A DNA stretch of 64,000 nt. Origin: Hyalangium minutum. Its GTDB lineage: Bacteria; Myxococcota; Myxococcia; Myxococcales; Myxococcaceae. The stretch's first letter is position 1. Every line of letters starts with the position of its first letter. Below are positions 13,533 to 23,207 of this stretch, in pieces. The notes beneath the pieces are model-generated. The model made no database searches and was not told where the DNA came from. It saw only the letters and a list, made by a program, of their open reading frames with translations. The position numbers were made by a program, and so were the translations under genes. Location of the stretch: NCBI RefSeq assembly GCF_000737315.1, contig NZ_JMCB01000014.1:186001-250000 (forward strand), written 5' to 3'.

Positions 13533-14555
13533 TTGGGTGCCACTGCCTTCAAGGACAGACCGCCGCTGGTCTCCGTGACGCCCCAGGGCCTCTTCTGCCC
13601 GCCCGGGGGTTTCTACATCGATCCCTGGCGCCCGGTGGAGCGGGCCCTCATTACGCACGCTCATGGCGACCATGCCCGAGGCGGCAGCCAGCGCTACTTG
13701 GCGGCGCGGGCGGGCCAGGGGTTGTTGCGCAAGCGGCTCGGCCAGGACGTGGAGCTGACCACGCTGGAGTATGGCGAGCGGCTCACCGTGGGCGACGTCA
13801 CCGTCAGCTTCCACCCCGCGGGCCATGTGCTCGGCAGCGCGCAGATCCGCATCGAGCACCAGGGCGAGGTGTGGATCGTCTCCGGCGACTACAAGCGGAC
13901 GCCGGATCCCACGTGCACGCCCTTCGAGGTGGTGCGCTGCGACACCCTCATCACCGAGGCCACCTTCGGGCTCCCCATCTACCGGTGGGATGATCCGCGG
14001 CTCGTGGCCGAGGACATCCTCCGCTGGTGGGACGGCAACCGCGAGGCGGGGAAGTCCTCGGTGCTGTTCTGCTACGCGCTCGGCAAGGCCCAGCGCATCC
14101 TCGGGGAGCTGGCCCGGCTCACGGATCGGCCCGTGCTCGTGCATGGCGCTGTGAATGGCCTGGTGGCGTGCTACCGCGAGGCCGGCGTGAAGATGGTGCC
14201 CACGCAGCTCGTCTCCGAGACGGAGAAGGGCGCCTCGTTCTCGGGTGCGCTGGTGCTCGCGCCGCCGAGCGCGGGCGGCTCCACGTGGATGCGCCGCTTT
14301 GGAGATGCGGCCACCGCGTTCGCCTCGGGCTGGATGCGCGTGCGCGGCAACCGGCGGCGGCGTGGCTTCGATCGCGGCTTCGTGCTCTCGGACCACGCGG
14401 ACTGGCCGGAGCTGCTGCGCACGGTGGAGGAGACACAAGCGAGCCGTGTGCTCGTCACCCACGGCTACAGCGAGCCGCTCGCGCACTACCTGCGCGAGAA
14501 GGGGCTGGATGCCGCGCCCCTCTCCACCCCCTTCGAAGGCGAGGCGGAGGACTGA
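13533..14555 (+). CDS. ligase-associated DNA damage response exonuclease (MBL/beta-CASP fold)
   Basis: ITHAHGDHA, PAGHVLGS, SGDYK, EATFGLP, LSDHADW; sits upstream of the ligase; TTG start uncertain. Confidence 0.9.
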   Translation: MGATAFKDRPPLVSVTPQGLFCPPGGFYIDPWRPVERALITHAHGDHARGGSQRYLAARAGQGLLRKRLGQDVELTTLEYGERLTVGDVTVSFHPAGHVLGSAQIRIEHQGEVWIVSGDYKRTPDPTCTPFEVVRCDTLITEATFGLPIYRWDDPRLVAEDILRWWDGNREAGKSSVLFCYALGKAQRILGELARLTDRPVLVHGAVNGLVACYREAGVKMVPTQLVSETEKGASFSGALVLAPPSAGGSTWMRRFGDAATAFASGWMRVRGNRRRRGFDRGFVLSDHADWPELLRTVEETQASRVLVTHGYSEPLAHYLREKGLDAAPLSTPFEGEAED

Positions 14556-14556
14556 G

Positions 14557-16152
14557 ATGCGGCGCTTCGCGGACCTCTACGACGAGCTCGACTCCACCAC
14601 CTCCACCAACGCCAAGGTGGAGGCCATGGCGCGCTACTTCCGGGACGCTCCGCCCCAGGACGCGGCCTGGGCCCTGTACTTCCTCACGGGCCGGCGCCTG
14701 AAGCGGCTCCTCACCTCGAAGGTGCTGGTGCCTTGGACGCAGGAGCTCACCGGCCTCCCCGACTGGCTCTTCGCCGAGGTCTACGCCTCGGTGGGGGACC
14801 TGGCCGAAGTCATCGCCCTGCTGCTCGACCAGTACGAGCGCCCCGCTGCCCCCGAGGAGATGCCCCTGTCCTGGTGGCTCGAGCAGCGCCTGCTTCCACT
14901 GAAGGACTTGGAGCCCGCCGAGCAGCGTGAGCAGGTGCTCTCCTGGTGGAAGGTGATCCCGCGCCGCGAGCTGTTCCTCCTCAACAAGATGCTCACCGGC
15001 GAGCTGCGCGTGGGCGTCTCGGACACGCTCGTGGTGCGCGCCGTGGCCCAGGTGGCGGAGCTGCCCCCGGCCACGGTCTCTCACCGCCTCATGGGCACGT
15101 GGGCTCCCTCGCGGGCCTTCTTCGAGCAGCTCCTCTCTCCAGATGTGTCCGACGGGGACGCGTCCCGGCCCTATCCGTTCTACCTGGCTTCTCCGCTGGA
15201 GCAGCCCGTGGAGTCGCTCGGCGAGCCGAAGGACTGGCTCATCGAGTGGAAGTGGGACGGCATCCGCGGCCAGCTCATCCGCCGCCAGGGCAGCGTCTAC
15301 CTCTGGAGCCGGGGCGAGGAGCTCATCACCGAGCGCTTCCCGGAGATCACCGAGGCCTCCGAGTCCCTCCCGGATGGCACGGTGATGGACGGCGAGGTGC
15401 TCGCCTACGAGAACGGACGGCCCCTGCCCTTCAGTCTGCTTCAGCGGCGCATCGGGCGGCAGAAGCTGACAGCCAAGGTGCTCTCCGAGGCCCCCTCCTC
15501 GTTCATGGCCTATGACCTGCTGGAAGAGCGCGGTGAGGATCTGCGCGGCCTGCCTTTGCGCGAGCGCCGAGCGCGGCTGGAGGCGCTGCTGAAGGACAAA
15601 CCGGGCTTCACGGTGTCACCCGCGGTGGAGGCTGCCTCCTGGGAGGAGCTGGCGCAGCTGCGGCACGAGTCCCGCGAGCGCAACGTCGAGGGCTTCATGC
15701 TCAAGCGGCTCGAGTCCACCTACCAGCACGGCCGCAAGCGCGGAGACTGGTGGAAGTGGAAGATCGACCCGTTCACCGTGGACGCGGTGCTGCTCTACGC
15801 GCACCCGGGACATGGGCGCCGGTCCTCGCTCTACACGGACTACACCTTCGCCGTGTGGAACGGCACGGAGCTGCTGCCCGTGGCCAAGGCGTACTCGGGG
15901 CTCACGGATCAGGAGATCTCCAAGCTGGACCGGTGGATCCGCGGCCACACGCGCGAGAAGTTCGGTCCCGTGCGCTCCGTGGATCCCGAGCAGGTCTTCG
16001 AGCTGCACTTCGAGGGCATCGCCGCCTCGCCCCGCCACAAGTCCGGCATCGCGCTGCGCTTCCCGCGCATTGCCCGGTGGCGCTCGGACAAGAAACCGCA
16101 GGACGCGGATTCCCTCGCGAGTCTCCAGGAGCTGCTCCATGCCCAGCATTAA
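14557..16152 (+). CDS. ATP-dependent DNA ligase
   Basis: EWKWDGIRGQ (adenylated Lys), DGEV, EGFMLK, WWKWK, LRFPRI. Confidence 0.95.
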   Translation: MRRFADLYDELDSTTSTNAKVEAMARYFRDAPPQDAAWALYFLTGRRLKRLLTSKVLVPWTQELTGLPDWLFAEVYASVGDLAEVIALLLDQYERPAAPEEMPLSWWLEQRLLPLKDLEPAEQREQVLSWWKVIPRRELFLLNKMLTGELRVGVSDTLVVRAVAQVAELPPATVSHRLMGTWAPSRAFFEQLLSPDVSDGDASRPYPFYLASPLEQPVESLGEPKDWLIEWKWDGIRGQLIRRQGSVYLWSRGEELITERFPEITEASESLPDGTVMDGEVLAYENGRPLPFSLLQRRIGRQKLTAKVLSEAPSSFMAYDLLEERGEDLRGLPLRERRARLEALLKDKPGFTVSPAVEAASWEELAQLRHESRERNVEGFMLKRLESTYQHGRKRGDWWKWKIDPFTVDAVLLYAHPGHGRRSSLYTDYTFAVWNGTELLPVAKAYSGLTDQEISKLDRWIRGHTREKFGPVRSVDPEQVFELHFEGIAASPRHKSGIALRFPRIARWRSDKKPQDADSLASLQELLHAQH

Positions 16153-18661
16153 GCGAGGCACCCGGCGCCCCTCCCGGACGAAGAAGAAGGCCTCGGCCTC
16201 GGCGGCTCCTGCTGGGCCGCCGGACACCCGGCCCGCGCTCGACAAGCTCCGAGGGTGGTTCCAGCAGCGCGGCTGGACGCCCTACCCCTTCCAGGAGCAG
16301 GCCTGGGCGGCCTACTCGCGCGGCGAGAGCGGGCTCATCCATGTCCCCACGGGAGCTGGAAAGACCTACGCCGCCTATATCGGCCCCCTGGCCGACGTAG
16401 CCGAGGGGGGCCGCAAGGGGCTGCAAGTCCTCTATGTCACGCCGCTCCGGGCCGTTTCCCGCGACATCGAGCAGGCCCTGCTGGCTCCGCTGGAGGTGCT
16501 CTCGGCAGACGTCGCCGTGGAGAGCCGGACTGGGGACACGTCCTCCTCCGTGCGCCAGCGCCAGCGTGACCGGCTGCCCGAGGTCCTCATCACCACCCCC
16601 GAGTCCCTCTCGCTGCTGCTCGCCAACGAACGCGCCGCGGAGCTGTTCGCGGGTCTGCGCTCCATCATCGTCGACGAGTGGCACGAGCTGCTCAGCTCCA
16701 AGCGCGGCACGCAGATGGAGCTGGCCCTCGCGCGCCTGCGCCGCTTCGCCCCGGGCGTGCGCACCTGGGCGCTGTCGGCCACGCTCGCCAACCTGGACGT
16801 GGCCGCGCGCGCTGCGGTGGGCACCCAGGTCACGCCCACGCTCCTGAGTGCGGACCTTGAGCGTCCCGTCGAGGTGAGCACGCTGCTGCCGGACAACGTG
16901 GACAGCTTCCCGTGGGCGGGCCACCTGGGCTTCTCGATGCTGGAGAAGGTGGGCGCCTGGTTGGATCCGGCCCGCTCCACGCTGCTCTTCACCAACACCC
17001 GCTCCCAGGCGGAGCGCTGGTACGAGGGCCTGCGCTTCGCCCGCCCCGAGTGGGAGAAATGGATCGCCCTGCATCACGGCTCCATCGATCGCGAGGAGCG
17101 CGAGCGGGTGGAGCGGGGCTTGAAGGACGGCAGCGTCCGCATCGTGGTGTGCACCTCCTCGCTGGATCTGGGCGTGGACTTTGGCCCCGTGGAGCGCGTG
17201 GTGCAGGTGGGCAGCCCCAAGGGCATCGCCCGCTCTCTGCAGCGTGCCGGGCGCAGCGGCCACCGTCCCGGGGAGACGTGCCACCTGCTCTTCGTCCCCA
17301 CGTACGCCCTGGAGCTGGTGGAGATGGCCGCCGCGCGCGACGCCCTCCAGCGCGGCGAGGTGGAGCCACGCCTGCCGCTGCGCAAGCCCTTGGATGTGCT
17401 GGCGCAACACCTCGTCACCTGCGCGATGGGCGGCGGCTTCACCCGCGAGGCCCTGCGTGCCGAGGTCCGCGAGGCCACCAGCTACCAGGACCTCACGGAC
17501 GAGGAGTTCGAGTGGACGCTGGCGCTGGTGCGCGAGGGCAGCCCGACCCTGCGCGCCTATCCCGAGTTCCGCCGCGTCGTGGAGCACGAGGGCCGCTTCG
17601 TCATCGCGGACGCGCGTATCGGCCGGCTGCACAAGCTGAACATCGGAACCATCTCCTCGGACGCCACGGTGCAGCTCCGCTACTGGAGCGGGGGCCGGAT
17701 CGGCTCCGTGGAGGAGTCCTACGTGAGCCGCCTGCGACCCGGGGACACGTTCCTCTTCGCGGGCAAGCGCCTGGAGTTCTCCCGCTTCAAGGACATGACG
17801 GCGTATGTGAAGCCGGCCAAGGGGAAGGTATCTCAGACGCCGCGCTGGTATGGCAGCCGCCTTCCCCTGTCCGGCTCGCTGGCCGCGGCGGTGCGCCGCA
17901 CGCTGCACTCAGCGCGGCACGGGGATGTCTCCATGGAGGAGCTGGCGGCCGCGTGGCCGGTGCTGGAGGCGCAGCTGAAGCTCTCACGCATCCCCGCCGC
18001 GGACACCTGCCTAGCCGAGACGTGCCTGACGCGCGAGGGCCACCACCTCTTCCTCTATCCTTTCGAGGGCCGGCTCGTGCACGAGGGGCTGGCGGCGCTG
18101 CTGGCGCTGCGCTTCACCCGGCTGCGCAAGTCCACCTTCAGCCTCTCGGTGAATGACTACGGCATCGAGTTCCTCACCTCGGACGCCTTTCCTTATGAGG
18201 AGGCACTGCGCCCGGCCCTCTTCTCCCGCGAGCGGCTGGTGGAGGACATCCTGGAGAGCGTCAACCTGAGCGAGCTGGCCAAGCGTCAGTTCCGGGACAT
18301 CGCACGGGTGGCGGGGCTGGTGCTGCCGGGGCTGCCGGGGGCGCGCAAGTCCACGCGGCAGGTCCAGGCGAGCGCCTCGCTCATCTATGACGTCTTCCTG
18401 AAGTACGACCCGGAGAACCTGCTGCTCGTCCAGGCCCGGCGCGAGGTGCTGGAGCAGCACTTCGAGCAGAGCCGGCTCGCGAGCACCCTGGAGCGCCTGG
18501 AGCGCTCTCCTCTGGAGCTGGTCCCCGTCCGGCGGCCTACGCCGCTGGGCTTTCCCCTCGTCGTCGAGCGCATCAGCGCGAGCCTCTCCAATGAGTCCCT
18601 GTTGGAGCGGGTAGAGCGCCTCAAGGAGCGATGGCAGCGCGAAGATGCCAGGTCCGCCTGA
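16139..18661 (+). CDS. lhr: ligase-associated Lhr-core DEXH helicase
   Basis: PTGAGKT, TPLRA, TTPES, VDEWHE, HHGS, QRAGRSGH; start at ATG 16139 overlapping the ligase end. Confidence 0.92.
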   Translation: MPSIKRGTRRPSRTKKKASASAAPAGPPDTRPALDKLRGWFQQRGWTPYPFQEQAWAAYSRGESGLIHVPTGAGKTYAAYIGPLADVAEGGRKGLQVLYVTPLRAVSRDIEQALLAPLEVLSADVAVESRTGDTSSSVRQRQRDRLPEVLITTPESLSLLLANERAAELFAGLRSIIVDEWHELLSSKRGTQMELALARLRRFAPGVRTWALSATLANLDVAARAAVGTQVTPTLLSADLERPVEVSTLLPDNVDSFPWAGHLGFSMLEKVGAWLDPARSTLLFTNTRSQAERWYEGLRFARPEWEKWIALHHGSIDREERERVERGLKDGSVRIVVCTSSLDLGVDFGPVERVVQVGSPKGIARSLQRAGRSGHRPGETCHLLFVPTYALELVEMAAARDALQRGEVEPRLPLRKPLDVLAQHLVTCAMGGGFTREALRAEVREATSYQDLTDEEFEWTLALVREGSPTLRAYPEFRRVVEHEGRFVIADARIGRLHKLNIGTISSDATVQLRYWSGGRIGSVEESYVSRLRPGDTFLFAGKRLEFSRFKDMTAYVKPAKGKVSQTPRWYGSRLPLSGSLAAAVRRTLHSARHGDVSMEELAAAWPVLEAQLKLSRIPAADTCLAETCLTREGHHLFLYPFEGRLVHEGLAALLALRFTRLRKSTFSLSVNDYGIEFLTSDAFPYEEALRPALFSRERLVEDILESVNLSELAKRQFRDIARVAGLVLPGLPGARKSTRQVQASASLIYDVFLKYDPENLLLVQARREVLEQHFEQSRLASTLERLERSPLELVPVRRPTPLGFPLVVERISASLSNESLLERVERLKERWQREDARSA

Positions 18662-19281
18662 GCGGCGCGGAGGTAGAGTTCCTCCCCGAGCGTGGCCTCT
18701 ATTGGCCCGAGCGCGGCCTCTTGGCCGTGGCGGACCTGCACTGGGGCAAGCCCGAGAGCTTCCAGCAGCACGGCATTCCCCTGCCTGCGGGAGTGCTGGA
18801 GGATGATCTCGCGCGCCTCTCGCGGGCACTGCGAAGCACGGGCGCTCAGCGGCTGCTGCTCGTGGGGGATCTCATCCACTCACGGAAGGGCGTGACGCCT
18901 GCCGTCCGCGAGCGCATCGCCACATGGCGGGCGGGGCACGACGTGGAGATGGTGCTCATCCGAGGCAACCACGACCGGCACCTGAAGGAGTTGCCTCCCG
19001 AGTGGCGCTTGGACGTATGCGAGGAGCACCTCGACGAGGGCCCCTTCCGCTTCGCCCACCACCCCGAGCCCTCCACCGGGCGCTACATCTGGGCAGGCCA
19101 CCTGCACCCCGTGGTCCGGCTGTCCTCGGGGCCGGATCGGCTGCGCTTGCCCTGCTTCCACGTGGGGCCCGCCGTGGGTGTCCTCCCGGCCTTCAGCGCC
19201 TTCACTGGCGGCCTGGACATGAAACGGAAGCAGGGAGAGCGCCTCTTCGTCATCGCCGATGAAGCCGTCTTGGAGTTGTAG
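18631..19281 (+). CDS. pdeM: ligase-associated metallophosphoesterase/endonuclease
   Basis: ADLHWGK, GDLIH, RGNHD, AHHP, GHLHP, PAFS. Confidence 0.9.
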   Translation: MAARRCQVRLSGAEVEFLPERGLYWPERGLLAVADLHWGKPESFQQHGIPLPAGVLEDDLARLSRALRSTGAQRLLLVGDLIHSRKGVTPAVRERIATWRAGHDVEMVLIRGNHDRHLKELPPEWRLDVCEEHLDEGPFRFAHHPEPSTGRYIWAGHLHPVVRLSSGPDRLRLPCFHVGPAVGVLPAFSAFTGGLDMKRKQGERLFVIADEAVLEL

Positions 19282-19365
19282 GGCGCAGGTGACTCGCTGC
19301 ACACCTCACTGCTCAGCGAACACAAAGCTCAACAGGATGGCCAACTGGCTGGCTTTAACCGCAAC

Positions 19366-20289
19366 TCAAGGAAGATTCTCTACAAGAATCTGTTCTCCAA
19401 GCTTTGTGACTTCCCCATCTGTCTTCACCACAAAGCCTGACTCCACCAAGCGAGAGCCATCCTGAAAAACAGCTTTGCAATGGAAGCCTTCGCCCAGATC
19501 TTGAACTGCGATGGGATGAATCCATGCCTCCACCGCTTGTTTTCTGGCATGCAGTGACTCATCCGCCCTGTCATCAGATGCCCATCGGATGTCGTTTGAA
19601 GATTGAATCAACCACCGGTCTGGGCTCTCACAGCACGTCAAAAAGAACTGGAGATAGGACGCAGCTTGCTCTTCTTCCAGTGCTAGCTTCTTCCGCTGGT
19701 TGAGTTCCTGAATAAATTGCTTATTCTTTGGATCTCCCCGTGCCTCGAATGCGAAGATCCGATCACCTTCATCGAAATACAGAAACTGGTCAGGACGCTC
19801 GGGCCGCGCGACATCCAGCAAAAGCAATCTGGGAAGGTCTCTCGAGGCTTGTGCCAGACCTGCGTAAAAGGGGAGCCGCTGGAAGGTCAGGAAGATAAAT
19901 CTGGCACTCGCTCGCAGCAGTTTCGCGTCTTCGCTGTCCACTCTGGCGATGCGGTCTATCACCTGCTTGATCTCGGCACTGTATTCAGCGTCCTGAGCGC
20001 CCGCCTGGGAGTTCTTGAGCTCGACCTGAAGCGGTTCTTTTTGTTGATGCTTTGCCAAGTTCTGCGCCGGAGGGGAAGTCGATGAGGCCGCTGTGCTAGC
20101 TCGGGTGGGTGGGGGGGTGTATCGCCCGGAGGTATCAATCCTGTTAATCGGGTGGCGTTTGATGTCGTTCTGCCAGTTGACGCTTCGTGTTCCCGAGGAG
20201 ACGGTGTTGCCTTCGCTCCCCGGAGAGTCGATCGACGAAGAACCATTTCCCGTCTGAATCGGCAATAAAGCGCCCGCCTTAGCTGCCAT
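19366..20289 (-). CDS. hypothetical protein with Ser/Thr/Pro-rich N-terminus, visibly lower GC
   Basis: GAGGAG RBS 8 nt before ATG 20289; about 307-aa ORF; AT-richer than the flanks. Confidence 0.65.
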   Translation of the reverse strand: MAAKAGALLPIQTGNGSSSIDSPGSEGNTVSSGTRSVNWQNDIKRHPINRIDTSGRYTPPPTRASTAASSTSPPAQNLAKHQQKEPLQVELKNSQAGAQDAEYSAEIKQVIDRIARVDSEDAKLLRASARFIFLTFQRLPFYAGLAQASRDLPRLLLLDVARPERPDQFLYFDEGDRIFAFEARGDPKNKQFIQELNQRKKLALEEEQAASYLQFFLTCCESPDRWLIQSSNDIRWASDDRADESLHARKQAVEAWIHPIAVQDLGEGFHCKAVFQDGSRLVESGFVVKTDGEVTKLGEQILVENLP

Positions 20290-20796
20290 GGTCAGCACTC
20301 CTCGTCGCGTCACAGCTCATGAGTAGAGACCTTCGACGGGCCCTGCGTGTTCCCACCCGAGTGCGCCACACGCGGAGCGCACATCTGCGTAACATAGCCT
20401 GCGCAAAGCGCAATTTCCACACCTGACGCGCTGTGTCTGTGCGGCTGCACACGGTGTCGGGGCAGGCGAGCGGTAGGGTTGTTCCCTCTGGGGCAGGAGC
20501 CGGATCCGGTTCTGAAGCATGATCAATAGGGATCTTGCGAGTGAGTGTCCGCTACAGGTCTGTAACTTCCGCCACAGCCGTTCTTGAGGAAGTATCGGCG
20601 ATCCGCGTGTGTGACTTCTACCCGCGCTGTGTGCCAGCCCGATCGCGCCGGGGCCGTATTGCCGCCACCGCGCACTGCTAGAGGTAATTTTTCGGGGGAA
20701 GTCTGGCGCTCGCGCCCTTGGCAAGCTTTCTCAGACGTATGGGATTGCGTCATCCACGTGAGTCGAGAGCCCCGGCGGCGGAAGAAGCGCTCCACC

Positions 20797-22053
20797 TCAG
20801 GCCTCTCGGGAAGTCTTGGGCGCCCGGTACGCCTGCCAGCATCCGCGATAATAGTCCAGATAGGAGATCCGGCCCAGGTTGTCCCTGCGAAAGAACGCAA
20901 CCCTTTCCAGTTCGGGACTGACGCCACCCACGAAGAACTTCCCGTCCTTGAAGCCCTGGTGGACCACGCGAAACACGGCGTCGTAGACGTGACGCGCCGT
21001 CTCCTCTTCCGACAAGCCGGACCGGAGGGCTTCCTCCCCCGCCTTCTGTCTGGCTTGAGCCACCGCATGCTCCAAGGGGAACGCGGTGGAGGACAGGTTC
21101 TGCCTCAGCAGGTCGGCCCGCACCTCGTAGCGATCGACCGTCGCGTGGGCCTCCTCGCTCAGGTACCGCTCGACATAGACATCCTGGCCGTCATTCCAGA
21201 TGTCCGCGCGGATCATGCCCGGGTACCCCCGCGCGTGGCCGATCTCGTGAAGCAGGTCGAGCGCCATGTCCGAGTCGCTCTTCCGGCTGTGCAAGATGAT
21301 CAGGTTCGACTCGCCGTACCAGCTGGAAGCTCTACGCGAATCGAACTGCACCTTGATCTCCGGATGGTCCTCCAGGAACTTCACGGCCTCCACCCCCTTC
21401 TGAGAGCGGCACAGGAGGGCCTTGAGTTCCCCCAGCTTCGGCTCGTTGGCGCCTTGAAGGTACGCCGGTGCCACGGGCTTGGGAGCCTGAGCGCTGGCGA
21501 GCAGCACCCGCATGGCAAGCAGGGCCGCCGCCTTCGCCTCGGGCTCGTCACGCCCGACGTAGAAGTTGCGCTCCTGGGCGTCCCACCGGACACCGAAGCC
21601 CTCGCAGGCAACGATGCCGACGTTCCCCATGGCCTCCAGCTGCCGGGCCGCATCGGGGGAGACCTTGGCCATGGCCTCCTTGAGCTTCTGTGGCGCCATC
21701 GCCGGCGGCAGTTCCTCCAGCGCGCCGACGACCGCGGAGTCAGCGAGCACGAGCCCGGGGACCTCCCGGGAGCGCGGCTCGCCTAGGGGAAGCCCGATGC
21801 CCGGATTGACGTGAAAAGACCCCACCGGCTCGGGTCCTTTGTTCTCGGTGCTCGGGGGCCGAGGCGCCTCTCCAGTCACCCCGGCGAAGTCTCGAGAAGG
21901 ATCGTCGTAAGAGCTCAAGCTCGGATCACGGGGGCTAAGAGGGGGCGAATCCAGGGGGGGCGAAGGCTCGCTGAGAGCAGCGGACCGGGGTTCCAGGGGC
22001 TTGACGTTACCGAGGAAGTAGTTTGGCCCTCCCTCGCCGATCTTTCTGGGCAC
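20797..22053 (-). CDS. putative zinc metallopeptidase (HEXXH) with low-complexity N-terminus
   Basis: LLHEIGHARG plus downstream EEAHA; GGAGGGG RBS before GTG 22053; Ser/Pro-rich first ~100 aa. Confidence 0.65.
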   Translation of the reverse strand: MPRKIGEGGPNYFLGNVKPLEPRSAALSEPSPPLDSPPLSPRDPSLSSYDDPSRDFAGVTGEAPRPPSTENKGPEPVGSFHVNPGIGLPLGEPRSREVPGLVLADSAVVGALEELPPAMAPQKLKEAMAKVSPDAARQLEAMGNVGIVACEGFGVRWDAQERNFYVGRDEPEAKAAALLAMRVLLASAQAPKPVAPAYLQGANEPKLGELKALLCRSQKGVEAVKFLEDHPEIKVQFDSRRASSWYGESNLIILHSRKSDSDMALDLLHEIGHARGYPGMIRADIWNDGQDVYVERYLSEEAHATVDRYEVRADLLRQNLSSTAFPLEHAVAQARQKAGEEALRSGLSEEETARHVYDAVFRVVHQGFKDGKFFVGGVSPELERVAFFRRDNLGRISYLDYYRGCWQAYRAPKTSREA

Positions 22054-22650
22054 GCTCTGGTCCCCTCCGCTCGCTCATTGCGATCGCACCATCCCCCCCT
22101 GGGTTGTGGAATGGGCGGCAAGGTATCTCTCGCTGCGAGCGTGGGCAACATGCGCTACGAGTCCGTACACAAACCCTGAAAACACTGTTTCTAGGAGGTC
22201 CATCACCTGTGCCGGAGTCGAACTCACCCGCATGGAGCACGGGCGTGGCGCCCGGCCTGACAGGGCGGGTCCAGCACGAGCGACGTGTCACGTCACATGC
22301 CGCTCTGGAACACCCCTCCTCGGGTCTCTTCGCCGAAAGCGCTCGAACGAGACGAGACAGGGCGGCCCTTCGCCCCACGAGGGGCGGGCTCTGCCGACTG
22401 AACAAATGTCACCGAGTCCTTGATCGCACATCGGCCGACACAATGGCGGTCCACCCATGACGTGAAGACGGTACTCATCCACGGTCACCACGAACGGCAC
22501 AAGAAGGATCTGCCGTGCTTCCACAGAAGCAACCTCCGGCCCGCTCGACCCAGGTGGAAGCCATGACGAAACCATGACCGAAACATGGCCGCGCACCGGC
22601 CAACGCTCCACCGTACCCTCGTAGCTTGAGCGCGCGAGGAGGGACAACAC

Positions 22651-23070
22651 ATGGGAATGACCGGAGGATCAGGCGGAAGCGGGATGAAGAGTGAAATCAA
22701 CGTCACCCCGCTCGTGGATGTGGTGCTCGTGCTGCTCATCATCTTCATGGTGGTGACGCCCCTGATGCAGCGGGGCAAGGCCGTCGCACTCCCCAAAGCG
22801 TCCCACTCCAGCGAGAAGGGCGAGACCGATCCCCTCGTCGTGTCCGTGACGGTGGACGAGAAGCTCTACGTCGAGAGCGAGCTCTCTCCCGACGCCGAGC
22901 ACTTCAAGGAGCGGATGCAGGAGGAACTGCGCACCCAGCCCTCACGCCGGGTCCTCCTCAAGGCGGATCAGGCGCTCGCCTGTGCCCAGGTGCAGAAGGT
23001 GATGGCGCTCATCCGGACCTCAGGCGCCAAGACCATGGGCCTCGGTGTGGACGAGCTGAAGGCCCCCTGA
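22651..23070 (+). CDS. exbD: ExbD/TolR family biopolymer transport protein
   Basis: EINVTPLVDVVLVLLIIFMVVTP, LLKAD motifs. Confidence 0.93.
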   Translation: MGMTGGSGGSGMKSEINVTPLVDVVLVLLIIFMVVTPLMQRGKAVALPKASHSSEKGETDPLVVSVTVDEKLYVESELSPDAEHFKERMQEELRTQPSRRVLLKADQALACAQVQKVMALIRTSGAKTMGLGVDELKAP

Positions 23071-23086
23071 GCACCAGGAGGCTGCC

Positions 23087-23207
23087 ATGCACAAGAGAAG
23101 AACTTTCTCCAGTTCCCCGAGAACTCCCAGGCACCGGCAGGAGAGCCCTCTGCCGAGAACCAGGTGGTCGTGGGCATCACCGGAGAGGGGCGCTTCACCG
23201 TCTCCCG
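23087..23207 (+). pseudogene. possible remnant of a second ExbD-like gene
   Basis: AGGAGG RBS plus ATG 23087; a shifted frame reads QEKNFLQFPE...NQVVVGITGEGRFTVS, like an ExbD periplasmic segment lacking the TM helix; ends against the stop codon of the next gene. Confidence 0.35.

Noticed and set aside
20314-20796. Long intergenic region with small ORFs (20317-20724, 20523-21068)
   Set aside because: No recognisable motifs, RBS or RNA structure that I can support.
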